Origin: Patescibacteria group bacterium
Lineage (GTDB): Bacteria; Patescibacteriota; Patescibacteriia; JAHIZJ01
Reading direction: 5' to 3'
Assembly: GCA_028714495.1 (NCBI GenBank)
Contig: JAQTMH010000005.1
Coordinates: 32,840 to 96,839 of the forward strand
Length of the DNA: 64,000 bases
Under the pieces are notes generated by a model, which did not search any database, was not told the origin of the DNA, and was given only the letters and a program-made list of their open reading frames with translations. Both the position numbers and the translations under genes were made by a program. This document shows positions 18,413 to 28,364 of the stretch, in pieces (position 1 is the first letter of the stretch; each line of letters opens with the position of its first letter).

Positions 18413-18515
18413 GCTAATTAACGATAAATAACACCTGGCGCCTCAAATTGTATATTGTGCGACCCATCAATCATTGGTCCAGAGCATTCCCCTAACTGTA
18501 GTAATCGTTGCCTAA

Positions 18516-18546
18516 ACATAAAACAGACCCTTGCCAGGCCTGTTTT
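18516..18546. terminator. possible bidirectional terminator between convergent ftsQ and the M23 peptidase gene
   Basis: AAAACAGACCcttgccaGGCCTGTTTTT: an imperfect stem flanked by A and T runs. Confidence 0.3.
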
Positions 18547-18552
18547 TAATTC

Positions 18553-19935
18553 CTATGGGAGATAATCGATTGGGTTTACCGGAATGCCGTTTGCCCTCAC
18601 TTCAAAATGCAGATGCGGGCCAGTTGTTAATCTACCGGCGCCAGGCGTACCTGGCATGCCACCGCTATTTCCTATAACCTGGCCTCTGGTAACAAAAGAC
18701 TCTTCTTCAACGTCTATCGAGCTTAGATGGCCATAAACAGTTGAAATGTCATTAGCGTGGATAATCATAACATAGCTATAGCCTAGACCAGCGTCTTTGG
18801 CCCGGGCCACGTAGCCTGAAGCCGCGGCTTTTACCGGTGTCCCCTGCTTGGCCCGAATATCTATTGCCGGATGTTCAAACAGACGCCGGAAAATATAGGT
18901 CGGATCATGGAAATAGGCCGTAATCCCGCCCAGGGGGCTAACCGGCCAAGAAAGTGTGGCGTTGGTATCGGCGGACAGAAGATCCTCGCCTTCGAGCTTT
19001 TGTCGAATGGTGTCTTCGATCAGTCCAATCTCCGAATTTACGGATACCTGTTCGCTTTTTACGGCTTCCAGCAATTCCTGGTATTGGGCTTCGCTTTCTT
19101 TAGTATCGGTTAAAAGTTGATCTTTGTAAGTTTTTTGGCCTTCTAATTCTTCTTTCTCAGCTTTCAGGCTATTTTTCTTTTCCTCAAGCTCTGTTTCTTT
19201 GGATTCTAAGTCGGTTTGGACGCCCTCCAATTGTTGCTTCAATACTTTGACTTCGTCGAGAGATTTTTTTATATAGCCTTCAGTTTCTTCAAGATAATTC
19301 AGCTGATTAAAAAATTTCGAAAATTTGTTTTCCTTAATTAGAATCTCGAGAAGATTTTTATTCTGGTAAGTATTTAGCTTTCTGATCAATTGAGCCAATC
19401 GTGTTTTTTGATCATTAATCTGATCCTCACGCTCGTCAATCTTGTTTTTTACTTCTCTGATTTGCAAACGAAGAGTGTCAATTTCAGTTTCGGTAATTTG
19501 GACTTCAACTTCTGTTTCCTTGAGCTGATCCTCGAGCGATGATACTTGGCTTGACAGTGTCAGGGCCTCTTGCTGTTTAATCGCCAAGTTTTTCCGATAG
19601 GTTTCATGTTCAGCCTGAAGCGCCTCCAATTGTTTTTTTCTCTCCTCAATCTGCAAATTGAGGTCTAAGACGTCTTTTTCCAATGCTTGTTTATCTGCTT
19701 CGTCATCGGTTGGCGTTGTCTCATTATTTGGTTGGCTCTCCCCGGCTGGCTGATCATTGGTGTTTGCCGGCTGATTAGTTATTGGACCGTTGTTGGTGTT
19801 CTCGTTCGAGTTTGTCGTTTCAGCCTGGGTTAGCTTTGTCCCCAGAACAACTCCGATCGCAATAACAATAAAAATTGCCAGGACGTAGCCTATGGTATTT
19901 TTGTGGGTTTTATTCATAATTAAGAATTCTACCAT
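18553..19935 (-). CDS. M23 family peptidoglycan DD-metalloendopeptidase with N-terminal coiled coil (EnvC/NlpD-like)
   Basis: C-terminal HLHFEVRANGIPVNP and GHLSS..GNSG fit the M23 (LytM) motif pattern. Long coiled-coil region and an N-terminal TM. Confidence 0.75.
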   Translation of the reverse strand: MVEFLIMNKTHKNTIGYVLAIFIVIAIGVVLGTKLTQAETTNSNENTNNGPITNQPANTNDQPAGESQPNNETTPTDDEADKQALEKDVLDLNLQIEERKKQLEALQAEHETYRKNLAIKQQEALTLSSQVSSLEDQLKETEVEVQITETEIDTLRLQIREVKNKIDEREDQINDQKTRLAQLIRKLNTYQNKNLLEILIKENKFSKFFNQLNYLEETEGYIKKSLDEVKVLKQQLEGVQTDLESKETELEEKKNSLKAEKEELEGQKTYKDQLLTDTKESEAQYQELLEAVKSEQVSVNSEIGLIEDTIRQKLEGEDLLSADTNATLSWPVSPLGGITAYFHDPTYIFRRLFEHPAIDIRAKQGTPVKAAASGYVARAKDAGLGYSYVMIIHANDISTVYGHLSSIDVEEESFVTRGQVIGNSGGMPGTPGAGRLTTGPHLHFEVRANGIPVNPIDYLP

Positions 19936-19961
19936 ATTTTAGGCGGTTTGGCAAATTCCAA

Positions 19962-21437
19962 TTAAATATTTTCAAGTTTATTGATGGCGATATCAATTCT
20001 TTTCAATGACTCGGATTTTCCCAAAACTCCCGCGATATCAAAAACGTCGGGTGAAGCCGTAGCGCCAGACAGCGCTACCCGAAACGGCCAAAGCAAATTT
20101 CCAGTTTTTAATTTTTTGTCTTTGATTATTTTCAAAAATTTACCTTTTAACGACTCACTGGTAAATTCAGGCTCCCCTACTCCCAGAGCGACATCGCGAC
20201 AAGTCTTCAAATTTTTAAGCGTCTCTGGCTCTTTTGATTTCTTGGGAATCAGTATTTTTGTATCATAGTCAATGGGTTTTGCGATAAATTGGGTTAGTGA
20301 TACTGAATCAGCCAAGGTAACCATGCGATCTTGGACCAGGGAGACGACTTTTTTTAAATATTCCTTGTCCGTATTTTTCCAGGAAGCTTTTTGAAAATAG
20401 GCCAGACATAAATCAGACAATTTATCCAGGGACAGACTTCTGATGTATTTGCCGTTCAGATAATTCAATTTTTCCACGTTAAAGATCGCTCCTGATTTAT
20501 TCACTTTATCAAGCGAGAATTCGTTGACTAGCTCATTAAGACTAAACACTTCTTGTTCAGTTTTCGGATTCCAGCCGAGCAGCGCGATAAAATTTATCAA
20601 GGCTTCAGCCAGATAGCCTAAATCACGATATTCTAAAGATGAAACGGCTCCGTCGCGCTTACTCAATTTCCCGCCCTGGGGACTCATAATTAACGGCAGA
20701 TGGGCGAACTCCGGCAAATCCCAGCCAAATGACTGATAGAGAAACACATGCTTAGGCGTACTGGGGAGCCACTCCTCTGCTCTGATGACATGGCTTATTT
20801 TCATCAAATGGTCATCTACGACATTGGCCAGCTGGTATGTCGGAAAACCATCGGATTTGATTATTACCGAATCATCGATATAACGGTAAGAAAACTCAAC
20901 CTGGCCCCGGATTAAATCATTTATTATTACAATACCGTCATCTGGCATTTTCAATCTGATAACGTGGGGCTCTTTAGCTGCCAGGCGTTTGGCGATATCG
21001 TCTTCAGACAAATCCCGACAATGCCGATCATAGCGCGGAGCAATTTTTTGCGCGGCTTGCTGTTCTTTCAGTTCGGCTAATCTTTCGGCGGTGCAAAAAC
21101 AATAATAGGCCTTGTCTTTTTTTATCAGCTCATCGGCGTGATTTTGATATATCTTAAGCCTTTCAGATTGAACGTATGGGCCAAAACCACCTGCCTTGTC
21201 CGGTCCCTCGTCGTAATCAAGTCCGGCCCATTTTAAAGCCTCGACAATATTGTCAACGCTACCTTTGACATACCGGTTTTGGTCAGTGTCCTCGATTCTT
21301 AAAATAAAATCCCCGTCATTTTTTCTGGCGAATAGCCAATTAAACAGGGCTGTCCTCAAACCGCCGATGTGCAAAAAACCCGTTGGACTCGGGGCAAAGC
21401 GGACTCTGACATTTGTCTTTTTATTCATGGTTTTCAT
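19962..21437 (-). CDS. gltX: glutamyl-tRNA synthetase
   Basis: RFAPSPTGFLHIGG (HIGH motif) and KLSKR (KMSKS motif). Confidence 0.9.
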   Translation of the reverse strand: MKTMNKKTNVRVRFAPSPTGFLHIGGLRTALFNWLFARKNDGDFILRIEDTDQNRYVKGSVDNIVEALKWAGLDYDEGPDKAGGFGPYVQSERLKIYQNHADELIKKDKAYYCFCTAERLAELKEQQAAQKIAPRYDRHCRDLSEDDIAKRLAAKEPHVIRLKMPDDGIVIINDLIRGQVEFSYRYIDDSVIIKSDGFPTYQLANVVDDHLMKISHVIRAEEWLPSTPKHVFLYQSFGWDLPEFAHLPLIMSPQGGKLSKRDGAVSSLEYRDLGYLAEALINFIALLGWNPKTEQEVFSLNELVNEFSLDKVNKSGAIFNVEKLNYLNGKYIRSLSLDKLSDLCLAYFQKASWKNTDKEYLKKVVSLVQDRMVTLADSVSLTQFIAKPIDYDTKILIPKKSKEPETLKNLKTCRDVALGVGEPEFTSESLKGKFLKIIKDKKLKTGNLLWPFRVALSGATASPDVFDIAGVLGKSESLKRIDIAINKLENI

Positions 21438-22182
21438 GATATCGGTTTCTTCTTGAGAATAGTACTTTAAGCGTAAAAATCAAGGTCGCGTTAATAATCC
21501 GGCTGATCCTCCAGGGCTGTCGAATCAAACGGACCAGCCACTCCAAGCCGATAATCCGTAATAACCTGGGCGCTCTTTTTACTTTGCCCGATAAATAGTC
21601 AAAAGCGCCGCCCACGCCCGCCGCTATTTTTATCGTGGTAAATTTCGGCTGATTATAATAGATCCATTTTTCCTGTTTGGGCGCGCCGAAAGCGACCAGG
21701 AGGATGTCTGGTTTTTTACGATTTAGGCGTTTAACTATTTCATCATCAGAGCGTTTTTTGCCAAAAATCGTGTTTTCATTTTCAGCGCCGACAATTTTTA
21801 ATTTTGAATAACGGATTTTAAGTTTTTCCGCGGTCTTGCCGGCTACTCCGTTTCCCCCACCCAGTAGAAAAATGGCCGCTCCCTCGGCTTCGGCTAAACG
21901 GCATAATTCTTCAACCAACGCGACTCCGGTAATTCTGCGCTTAATCGGCGTGCCGAGATACCAGCCAGCGAATTTTAGTCCGATCCCGTCTGGAATTGCC
22001 AGGGCGGCTTTATTGATAATTGTTTTGAATTCCTGGTCGTGAGTCGCCTGAACGCAAAATTCCGGATTGGGAGTCACGATTTGGCGGGGTTCGGGTCCAG
22101 ACAAAAACCGCTCCAGCTTTTCTCTGAGCTGGTCGAGTGTTAAACTTGTTATTTTTACGCCGAGAATATTTACTTCAATCAT
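21421..22182 (-). CDS. WecB/TagA/CpsF-family glycosyltransferase (N-acetylmannosaminyltransferase-like)
   Basis: 253 aa. The N-terminal ILGVKI..LTLDQ pattern is typical of the TagA/WecG family. Confidence 0.7.
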   Translation of the reverse strand: MIEVNILGVKITSLTLDQLREKLERFLSGPEPRQIVTPNPEFCVQATHDQEFKTIINKAALAIPDGIGLKFAGWYLGTPIKRRITGVALVEELCRLAEAEGAAIFLLGGGNGVAGKTAEKLKIRYSKLKIVGAENENTIFGKKRSDDEIVKRLNRKKPDILLVAFGAPKQEKWIYYNQPKFTTIKIAAGVGGAFDYLSGKVKRAPRLLRIIGLEWLVRLIRQPWRISRIINATLIFTLKVLFSRRNRYHENHE

Positions 22183-22720
22183 TTTTTAAATTAACGCTCC
22201 CCAGTATTTTATAGGCGGACCCCGAAGCCGACAAGACGCTTCGCATCAAAGCGACTGATTCAGCCGTAAAACTTGCCGCGATATTTCTCATTTTCGGGAT
22301 GGCTGTATTTCTATCTGTTTTTAGGCGAGCTAGAGTAAGGTGAGGGGAAAAATCACGGTTATCCGATTTCCCTAAATTTTCGTTTTCGCATTGGCGGCTT
22401 ATTTCGTTCCACAGCCGGGACAATCCGGGATTGTCCTTTAATCTGGCAACTATTAAATATGGGCGGTCATCAGGAAACATGGCTATCTCATCAACTTCCA
22501 GAAGCATCTTAGGTTGGCGGGGAACGACCTTTTCCAGAATCTTAATGGCTTTTTCTATTTCAAGGTCATTCAAATCGCCGAGCCAACGCAAAGTCAAATG
22601 CCATTTTTCCCGCGGCTCCCAGGCTAGCCGCTGATAACATTCTGGCCCATCTTTAAGAATCGCGTAAATGGATTTTTTAAACCCCTCATCCGGCAATACC
22701 GCGTAAAACGCTCTGGTCAT
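22175..22720 (-). CDS. thpR: RNA 2',3'-cyclic phosphodiesterase (2'-5' RNA ligase LigT/ThpR, 2H family)
   Basis: Two H-x-T-x motifs (HLTLRWLG and HLTLARL). Confidence 0.75.
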   Translation of the reverse strand: MTRAFYAVLPDEGFKKSIYAILKDGPECYQRLAWEPREKWHLTLRWLGDLNDLEIEKAIKILEKVVPRQPKMLLEVDEIAMFPDDRPYLIVARLKDNPGLSRLWNEISRQCENENLGKSDNRDFSPHLTLARLKTDRNTAIPKMRNIAASFTAESVALMRSVLSASGSAYKILGSVNLKND

Positions 22721-22786
22721 CGTTTGGCCTGAAAATTACATAATCTGCTCTTGAATTATATCACAAAATCGGTTATAATTTAACCA

Positions 22787-23803
22787 ATGCGAGAAGCTAT
22801 TTTATATAAAAAACTTGCTAACGGCGCGGTCAAATGCGAGGTTTGCTGTCATCAGTGCGTAATCGCCGATAAAAAGCGCGGGATTTGTTCGGTCAGAGAA
22901 AATAGGAACGGCGTTCTTTACGCTTTAAACTACGGCCTAGCGATAACCTCAGCTGTCGACCCGATTGAGAAAAAGCCCTTCTTTCACTTTTTCCCTGGTA
23001 CCACGGCTTTTTCTTTTGCCACGCTAGGCTGCAACTTCCGCTGTGATAATTGCCAGAATTGGCAAATCTCCCAGGGCTCAAAGTTGGGAAATAACTCAAT
23101 CGCCGGTGAATTACTATCGCCTGAAATCATCGTCAAACAAGCCCAGGCCAGCAATTGTTCCAGCGTAGCCTACACCTACACCGAACCGACGATTTTCATC
23201 GAGTACGCCCTTGAGACGATGAAACTGGCCAGACGCGCCGGGCTGAAAAACGTCTGGGTGTCAAACGGTTTTTTTTCAGAGGCCTCTTTTATAAAGATAT
23301 TACCCTACCTTGACGCGATCAATATAGATTTGAAATTCTTTGATGACCGGAAATACCAGCAGTACTGCGGCGGCCGACTCCAGCCAATTCTAGACAATAT
23401 TGTCAGATCGAAAAAAGCTGGCGTCTGGACCGAAATAACCACCCTGGCTATTCCGTCTTTGAGCGACGATGATGCGATGTTCCAGAATATAGCCAAGTTT
23501 ATCAAAGAAAAAGTCGGGGCTGATGTCCCTTGGCACATTTCAGTTTTCGCTCCGGAAATTTCATATAAACTTCAAGAATTTAACGTTACTCCGGTTAAAA
23601 CACTTGAACGAGCGGCCAGCCTTGCTCAAAAAGCCGGATTGAAGCATGTTTATGCCGGCAATACGCCAGGTAATAATTTAGAAAATACCTATTGCGCGAA
23701 TTGCCACACCCTCTTGATCAAACGATTGGGCTATCAGATAAAACGTTTTGATAATCACGGCGTATGCTATAATTGTAAAACCCCTATAGATATTATTGAA
23801 TAA
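22787..23803 (+). CDS. amrS: AmmeMemoRadiSam system radical SAM enzyme
   Basis: CNFRCDNCQNW (CxxxCxxC) and N-terminal CEVCCHQCVI cysteines. PFL-activase-like, 338 aa. Confidence 0.8.
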   Translation: MREAILYKKLANGAVKCEVCCHQCVIADKKRGICSVRENRNGVLYALNYGLAITSAVDPIEKKPFFHFFPGTTAFSFATLGCNFRCDNCQNWQISQGSKLGNNSIAGELLSPEIIVKQAQASNCSSVAYTYTEPTIFIEYALETMKLARRAGLKNVWVSNGFFSEASFIKILPYLDAINIDLKFFDDRKYQQYCGGRLQPILDNIVRSKKAGVWTEITTLAIPSLSDDDAMFQNIAKFIKEKVGADVPWHISVFAPEISYKLQEFNVTPVKTLERAASLAQKAGLKHVYAGNTPGNNLENTYCANCHTLLIKRLGYQIKRFDNHGVCYNCKTPIDIIE

Positions 23804-25160
23804 TCGTCTCATGATCAAAAAAGCAACCATAATACTCAGCCTTTTGGCCCTTTTTGTCCCGCAGACAATTTTAGCCGGTAATTTTAATCCAGGTAATATC
23901 ATCTCAACCGAGGAATTGGTAAATAATTCATCGATGTCCCGCGAGCGAATCCAGAAATTTCTCGAAAATCAAATCGGCACGCTGTCCAAATACCAGGCCG
24001 AGGTTTTCGGGGTATTAAAACCCGCCTCTGACATTATCTACGACGCGGCTCAATATTACCAAATCAGCCCGAAATTTCTCATCGTGTTATTGCAAAAAGA
24101 GCAAAGCCTGGTTACTGACTCTGACCCCAGCCAAGGCCAGTACGACTGGGCCACCGGCTATGGCGTTTGCGACAGCTGCAGTAAATCCGATCCAGATATC
24201 CAAAAATTCAAGGGCTTTTTCAATCAACTCAATTGGGCGTCAAAAAGAAACCGACAGTATATCAATGAAGCCGGCCGATGGCAATTCCAAGTTGGCGGGA
24301 CCTACCTGATTGATGGGGTATTAGTGACAATGGAAAATCAAGCGACCGTTAATTTGTATACCTATACGCCCCACATTCACGGCAATGAGCTTTTTCACGA
24401 TCTCTGGCACCGCTGGTTCACTCCTCTGTACCCGGACGGCAGCCTGCTTCAGGTTTCTGGACAGCCCGGAGTCTATTTGATCAAAGATGGTAAAAAAAGG
24501 CCCTTCTGGTCAAAGTCAGCCTTCCTCGCCAGTTACAATCAGAAAAACGTTATCAAGGTTTCTCAAAGCGAACTCGACATTTATGATGACGGCAAACCGA
24601 TAAAATACGCCGAGTACAGCTTGCTTCAGGGCCCGGACGGCAATATTTATCTGATTACTGATAATCAAAAACGTTTGATTGAGTCAGAGGAGGTATTTAG
24701 AAATATCGGCTTTAATCCTGAAGAAGTAGTTGCCGTCGAACAGGCCGACCTGGATAGTTATTCAGACGGCGAGCCGGTGACCCTAAACAGTATTTATCCC
24801 ACCGGTACCTTGCTCCAATCCAAACAGACTGGCGGGGTAACTTTTGTTCAAAACGGCGTTCAGCATCCGATCTGGTCAAAAGAGATTCTGAAATCAAGTT
24901 TTCCGGGCCGGCGTCCCAGCTTGGTCGATGAATCTGAAATGATTAAATATCCCAAAGGCGATCCGGTACTTTTTCGGGATGGTGATCTGGTGACTTCACC
25001 CGGAACAAATTCCGTCTACGTTATCTCCAACGGTCAAAAACGCCCGATTGCTTCAGCCGACGCTTTTAATTCCCTGGGCTATAAATGGGCGAATATCATC
25101 AGAACCAACGATAAATCCATCTCCATCCATCCTGACGGCCCAGCCATAACGATTGAATAA
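23796..25160 (+). CDS. secreted protein with four tandem ~45-aa repeats ([VI]Y[LV]I.dG.KRPi...), putative cell-surface or glycan-binding
   Basis: Signal peptide and an internal repeat pattern seen in the sequence. It is inserted between amrS and amrB. Confidence 0.45.
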   Translation: MNNRLMIKKATIILSLLALFVPQTILAGNFNPGNIISTEELVNNSSMSRERIQKFLENQIGTLSKYQAEVFGVLKPASDIIYDAAQYYQISPKFLIVLLQKEQSLVTDSDPSQGQYDWATGYGVCDSCSKSDPDIQKFKGFFNQLNWASKRNRQYINEAGRWQFQVGGTYLIDGVLVTMENQATVNLYTYTPHIHGNELFHDLWHRWFTPLYPDGSLLQVSGQPGVYLIKDGKKRPFWSKSAFLASYNQKNVIKVSQSELDIYDDGKPIKYAEYSLLQGPDGNIYLITDNQKRLIESEEVFRNIGFNPEEVVAVEQADLDSYSDGEPVTLNSIYPTGTLLQSKQTGGVTFVQNGVQHPIWSKEILKSSFPGRRPSLVDESEMIKYPKGDPVLFRDGDLVTSPGTNSVYVISNGQKRPIASADAFNSLGYKWANIIRTNDKSISIHPDGPAITIE

Positions 25161-25162
25161 CC

Positions 25163-25966
25163 ATGGCTTTAGTTTTCAGCGCCTTGCTCCCCCACCCACC
25201 GATTTTGATTCCGACCATCGGCGGTAATTATCTTAATCAGGTTAAGAAAACTCTTAGCGCCCTGGAAAAAGTATCACTGGCCTTCCAATCTTCAAGTCCG
25301 GAAATCGTTTTTTTGATTTCCCCGCATGGCCAGATTAATCCCGACACTATCCTGATTAACGGGGCAAAGCTTTTTACCGGCACGCTAGAACAATTTGGTG
25401 ATGATACAACTCGACTAGAATTCAAGGGAAGCCCAGAGACATGCCTGAAAATCACTGACTTGGCAGATTCCAAGAATATTTCTCTCCAGACAATCGTGGA
25501 AAGCAATTTGGATCATGGCGCGATTGTCCCGCTTTATTTCTTATCTAGTAATTACAAAGAATTTAATCTGGTTCCAGTCAGCTACTCCTTGGGCGATGTT
25601 AATTCCCATCTTGAATTCGGGCGTTTGATCTACGGCCTGGCTCAAGCCAGTTCAAAAAGAATCGCGCTGATAGCTTCAGGCGATCTGTCTCATCGCCTGA
25701 CGCCTGACGCGCCGGCTGGATATAGTCCAAAAGGTCAGGAATTTGATGCCGAGTTGATAAAATTATTATCTGAAAATCGCCTGACTGAAATACCCACCAT
25801 GGATCCAAACTTTATCGACGCGGCCGGCGAATGCGGCTATCGTTCATTGCTGATTACCCTTGGCGCCCTGGAGCGGCTCAAAATTACGCCTGAGGTCCTC
25901 TCCTATGAAGGTCCATTTGGAGTCGGTTACGCGGTTGTCAACTTTGGTATTAAAGATAACGCATGA
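25163..25966 (+). CDS. amrB: AmmeMemoRadiSam system protein B-like (Memo/LigB-fold)
   Basis: Called from context with the AMMECR1 and radical SAM genes. N-terminal LLPHPP..SPHG motifs resemble the LigB/Memo superfamily. Confidence 0.5.
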   Translation: MALVFSALLPHPPILIPTIGGNYLNQVKKTLSALEKVSLAFQSSSPEIVFLISPHGQINPDTILINGAKLFTGTLEQFGDDTTRLEFKGSPETCLKITDLADSKNISLQTIVESNLDHGAIVPLYFLSSNYKEFNLVPVSYSLGDVNSHLEFGRLIYGLAQASSKRIALIASGDLSHRLTPDAPAGYSPKGQEFDAELIKLLSENRLTEIPTMDPNFIDAAGECGYRSLLITLGALERLKITPEVLSYEGPFGVGYAVVNFGIKDNA

Positions 25967-26481
25967 AGGAATACGCGGCCTTAGCTAAACAAGCGATTCA
26001 AGCATATTTGCGAGATAAAAAAGTTATCAAGTCTCCGTCATCTCTGCCCGGTGAACTGCTTAAAACCCGGGCGGCTGTTTTTGTGACCCTCCATTTCAAG
26101 GGTGATTTAAGGGGATGCATCGGCACCCTGGCTCCGGCTCAGGACAATGTTGCCCTGGAAATAATCCATAACGCGATTTCCGCCGCGGTAAATGATTTTC
26201 GCTTTCTGCCTTTAACACTGCCCGAACTCGAACAAACTGAGATATCGGTTTCAATTCTTTCCCAGCCTCAACCAACCACCATTGAAAGGCTTGATCCAAA
26301 AAAGTTTGGCGTGATTGTGAGAAGCAATTCGAAAGTCGGCGTGCTTTTACCTGATATCGAGGGCGTTGAAACCGTCGAGGAACAAATTCAAATAGCTTGT
26401 CAAAAAGCCGGCATAAAATATCCAAAAGAGCCTTTTGAGCTCTCGTGTTTTACCGTCACACTTCATAAAAGCGAACCATGA
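25963..26481 (+). CDS. amrA: AMMECR1-domain protein (AmmeMemoRadiSam system protein A)
   Basis: The RGCIG motif at the expected position (LRGCIGTL). 172 aa. Confidence 0.8.
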   Translation: MKEYAALAKQAIQAYLRDKKVIKSPSSLPGELLKTRAAVFVTLHFKGDLRGCIGTLAPAQDNVALEIIHNAISAAVNDFRFLPLTLPELEQTEISVSILSQPQPTTIERLDPKKFGVIVRSNSKVGVLLPDIEGVETVEEQIQIACQKAGIKYPKEPFELSCFTVTLHKSEP

Positions 26482-28364
26482 TTGCTAAAGTCATCCCAAG
26501 CTTGCGCCTGCCTCGCGATCTTTCGGTTTTTGATTATCTAATACCTGAAAATATTAAGACGAATATTAAAATCGGTTCAGTTGTATTAATTCCTTTCCGC
26601 AATAAAAAAGTCTACGGCCTAGTAAAAAAGCTAACCGCCCAATCGTCAGCCGGCAAGCGGGCCTTAAAACCCGTCAGCCGAGTTATTTCAAATATCACTT
26701 ACACTCCCGGTCAGCTAAAATTACTGGAGGATTTCGCGGACAGGTTTTTTGTTTCACCGGCGACGGCGCTGACTTTGTTTCTGAACACTCTGCCCCGGAA
26801 AATTGAGCCAGCTAGCGTAAACACTAAACCAAGATTAAATTTTAAAAAAGATAATGATACTATTATAAAACACGATGAACTATGGCTTTACAACGACTCG
26901 GAGTCTAAAGAATCTCTTCTTAAAAAAACCGTAAAATCATTTTTAGCGTCTGGTAAAACAGTTCTGCTGGTTGCGCCTGAAATCAGGCTGGTTAAAGACT
27001 GGGTGAAATTCTTAGCGGAATTTTCACCTATTCCGATCCACCGACAGCTTCCGCCGAAACTTTTTTGGTCTAACTATCAACTAATCCAAAATCGAACACC
27101 CGTTTTGGTAGTCGGCACCAGAACCTCGCTCTTTCTCCCCTATCAAAACCTGGGCTTAGTCGTTATCGACGAAGAGGACAATCAAAACCATCGCCAGGCC
27201 GAACAAAATCCCCGCTTTCACACTGAGCAGGTATCGGAAATTCTAAGCACCATAACCGGCTGCCGTATTATATTCATCAGCCAGGTTCCCAGGGTGACCA
27301 CCTGGTCAAAGGTAAAAGACGGCCGTTTAGTTCTTAAAGACCTGCGCTTGCCGATTAAGGCTCTCAAACCGATATTGGTTAATTTGACGGATGAACGGAA
27401 GCTGGGCAAATACACGCCCATCAGCGATATGTTTGAAGGTTTCATTAAGACCAGCTTGGCCGACCGCAAACGCCTATTCATCTTGGTCAATCGTTTGGGC
27501 GAATCAACCGGACTCGTCTGCTCTGATTGCGGCTATATTTTTTCCTGTCCCCGCTGTCAGCGTTCCTTAAGCGTCCATCATCAGTCGAAAAAAAGCCATT
27601 CCCTGGTGTGCCATTTGTGCGGCTACCGGATTGACGAACCCCTGGCGTGTCCGAAGTGCCAGGGCCCTCGCTTAAAAAGAAAGGGCTGGGGAATACAAAA
27701 ACTTGAGCAGGAAATCAAAAAGCTGGTTCCTGATTCCACTATTGGCATCATTCGAAACGCTTATTTAGATCATTACCAGGAAAAATTGCCCGACATAGCC
27801 TTAGCCACATCCGGCGCTCTGGTGCCGAACATTCTAAAAAACTTTCAAGCTTTTGGAGCGATCTCGGCTGATAGCCACTTGAGCCGTCCTGACTTTTCTT
27901 CGTCAGAAGAAACTTTTCGGCAACTATACAAAATAATTGATTTTTTCAGCCGATCTGGCGGTTCGGTCCTGGTTCAAACGCACCACCCAGATCACCCGGC
28001 CATAAAATCGGCCCTGAATCTTGAACTGGAGCGATTTTACCAGCGGGAGCTTGAAGAGCGGCGGGACTTTCATTATCCGCCGGCGGAAGTTTTGGTCCGG
28101 CTGTTAATCAAAGATAAAAATCGTGAAAAACTCATAAAAAAGACCGAGGCCTTTTACGAAAGCATCAGTAAATCTTCTCCCCTGCCGACCACGGTTGAAT
28201 TGGTCAATCCCGGTCCCGCCTTTATTGAAAAAATTCGCGGTCAATACCGCTGGCAGATTATCATAAAGTTCCCTGCCGCGAATTGGCCAGAAGTCAAAAG
28301 GGTGATAAAATTAACTGACGACGACTGGCTCGTCGACGTTGAACCATTAAATCTACTAAATTAA
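26478..28364 (+). CDS. priA: primosomal protein N' (PriA)-like helicase with CxxC zinc-binding insert
   Basis: An N-terminal 3'-DNA-binding-like region (PRDLSVFDYLIPE). Degenerate Walker A (LASGKTVLL) and DExH-like (VVIDEED). Cys4-Cys4 cluster CPRCQ..CHLCG..CPKCQ. Sits upstream of def-fmt. Confidence 0.7.
   Translation: MIAKVIPSLRLPRDLSVFDYLIPENIKTNIKIGSVVLIPFRNKKVYGLVKKLTAQSSAGKRALKPVSRVISNITYTPGQLKLLEDFADRFFVSPATALTLFLNTLPRKIEPASVNTKPRLNFKKDNDTIIKHDELWLYNDSESKESLLKKTVKSFLASGKTVLLVAPEIRLVKDWVKFLAEFSPIPIHRQLPPKLFWSNYQLIQNRTPVLVVGTRTSLFLPYQNLGLVVIDEEDNQNHRQAEQNPRFHTEQVSEILSTITGCRIIFISQVPRVTTWSKVKDGRLVLKDLRLPIKALKPILVNLTDERKLGKYTPISDMFEGFIKTSLADRKRLFILVNRLGESTGLVCSDCGYIFSCPRCQRSLSVHHQSKKSHSLVCHLCGYRIDEPLACPKCQGPRLKRKGWGIQKLEQEIKKLVPDSTIGIIRNAYLDHYQEKLPDIALATSGALVPNILKNFQAFGAISADSHLSRPDFSSSEETFRQLYKIIDFFSRSGGSVLVQTHHPDHPAIKSALNLELERFYQRELEERRDFHYPPAEVLVRLLIKDKNREKLIKKTEAFYESISKSSPLPTTVELVNPGPAFIEKIRGQYRWQIIIKFPAANWPEVKRVIKLTDDDWLVDVEPLNLLN

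Noticed and set aside
26478-28364. PriA as a pseudogene because of degenerate helicase motifs
   Set aside because: The reading frame is intact over 628 aa and zinc-binding cysteines are present. Divergent Walker motifs are more consistent with lineage-specific divergence than decay. This cannot be settled without alignment.
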